From assembly GCA_030390025.1 (NCBI GenBank), contig CM059428.1:156116001-156180000 (forward strand): 64,000 bases of DNA, given 5' to 3'. How positions within the stretch are numbered: the first letter of the stretch is position 1; every line of letters starts with the position of its first letter. Source of the DNA: Squalus acanthias. Lineage: Eukaryota. The position numbers and the translations under genes were made by a program. Under the pieces are notes generated by a model, which was not told the DNA's origin, did not search any database, and saw only the letters and a program-made list of their open reading frames with translations. Positions 63,336 through 64,000 of this stretch are shown here, piece by piece.

Positions 63336-63604
63336 TAGGATTGCCACCGTTTTACCAAAACCAGACAGATTGCAGTATAGAGGCAGGGCAGAGGTGGGAT
63401 CGTGACATGAGTTCTGATGTTTGCTTTGCTGATGATGAAAAATAATTGAAAATTTAAACTTAGTAAAGTTGAGCTTTAGAAACTAAAAGTAAATGATAAA
63501 ATTGATCTGTATTTAAAAATCAGACTTTCCCATTTTAGAAATTTTCAGACATTCCACTCCAAAACTGTACTGTTCAGTCCAAACTCGGGCAGGTGGCAAT
63601 CCTA
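63336..63604. mobile_element. hAT-type MITE
   Basis: Perfect 13-bp TIRs TAGGATTGCCACC / GGTGGCAATCCTA; decayed 8-bp flanks gtcatttt / gcgttttt. Confidence 0.7.
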
Positions 63605-64000
63605 GCGTTTTTCTATTAACCCAACCATATTAGAATTTTTCTTTTTAAACTTACCTCATGAGCAGTTTGATCTGTGCTAATAAGCATATTACCAACCCAT
63701 GCACTGACATAGTGACCTCAATAATCTGCTGAATAGATGATTAGATTATGAAATGCATTTTTCATAGACTGTATTGCTGTGTAATAGAATTGCAAAAAAT
63801 GGCAAATTTTTATGTGACCATAAAACTGGCATTTCTGCAATCGCTACGTAAGACTGTGGTACATTTAAGATGCATCTGTGAAATGTAAATGATTTCTGAA
63901 ATTAAATACCTGTATTCAGCTTTGAGACAACGACTTAGTGAAAGGTGCAAGCTTGCTGAAGGAGTTTTTTTTTAATTATAAATTGTTCAGTCTTAAAATG

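Noticed and set aside
1-64000. Prokaryotic features (CRISPR arrays, operons, rRNA)
   Set aside because: The sequence is a spliced vertebrate gene; no regularly spaced repeat-spacer array or rRNA similarity was seen.

Overview
AT-rich eukaryotic genomic DNA, most likely from a cartilaginous fish (shark), judging by its repeat families. The whole window lies inside one + strand gene, DIP2C (disco-interacting protein 2 homolog C). I traced 20 consecutive GT-AG coding exons (644..62417, 2396 nt, one open frame of about 798 codons). They cover most of the first FAAL-like/AMP-binding domain and the start of the second; both gene ends are outside the window. Almost all ORF-track calls are intronic noise or transposon debris. 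The introns contain nested CR1/L2-type LINE fragments, DeuSINE (SacSINE1-like), LF-SINE-like and other tRNA-SINEs, a decayed two-gene PIF/Harbinger element plus Harbinger-type MITEs, a hAT-type MITE and an internally deleted RTE element. Most notable: (i) very short Penelope-type insertions with perfect 9-15 bp target-site duplications (TSDs) that carry minimal type I hammerhead ribozyme motifs, one intact and sense to the pre-mRNA, one looped inside a perfect 46-bp hairpin; (ii) a decayed partial duplicate of a DIP2C exon; (iii) two candidate poison exons. Exon numbers are window-relative. Repeat family names come from remembered consensus motifs and need Dfam/Repbase confirmation.
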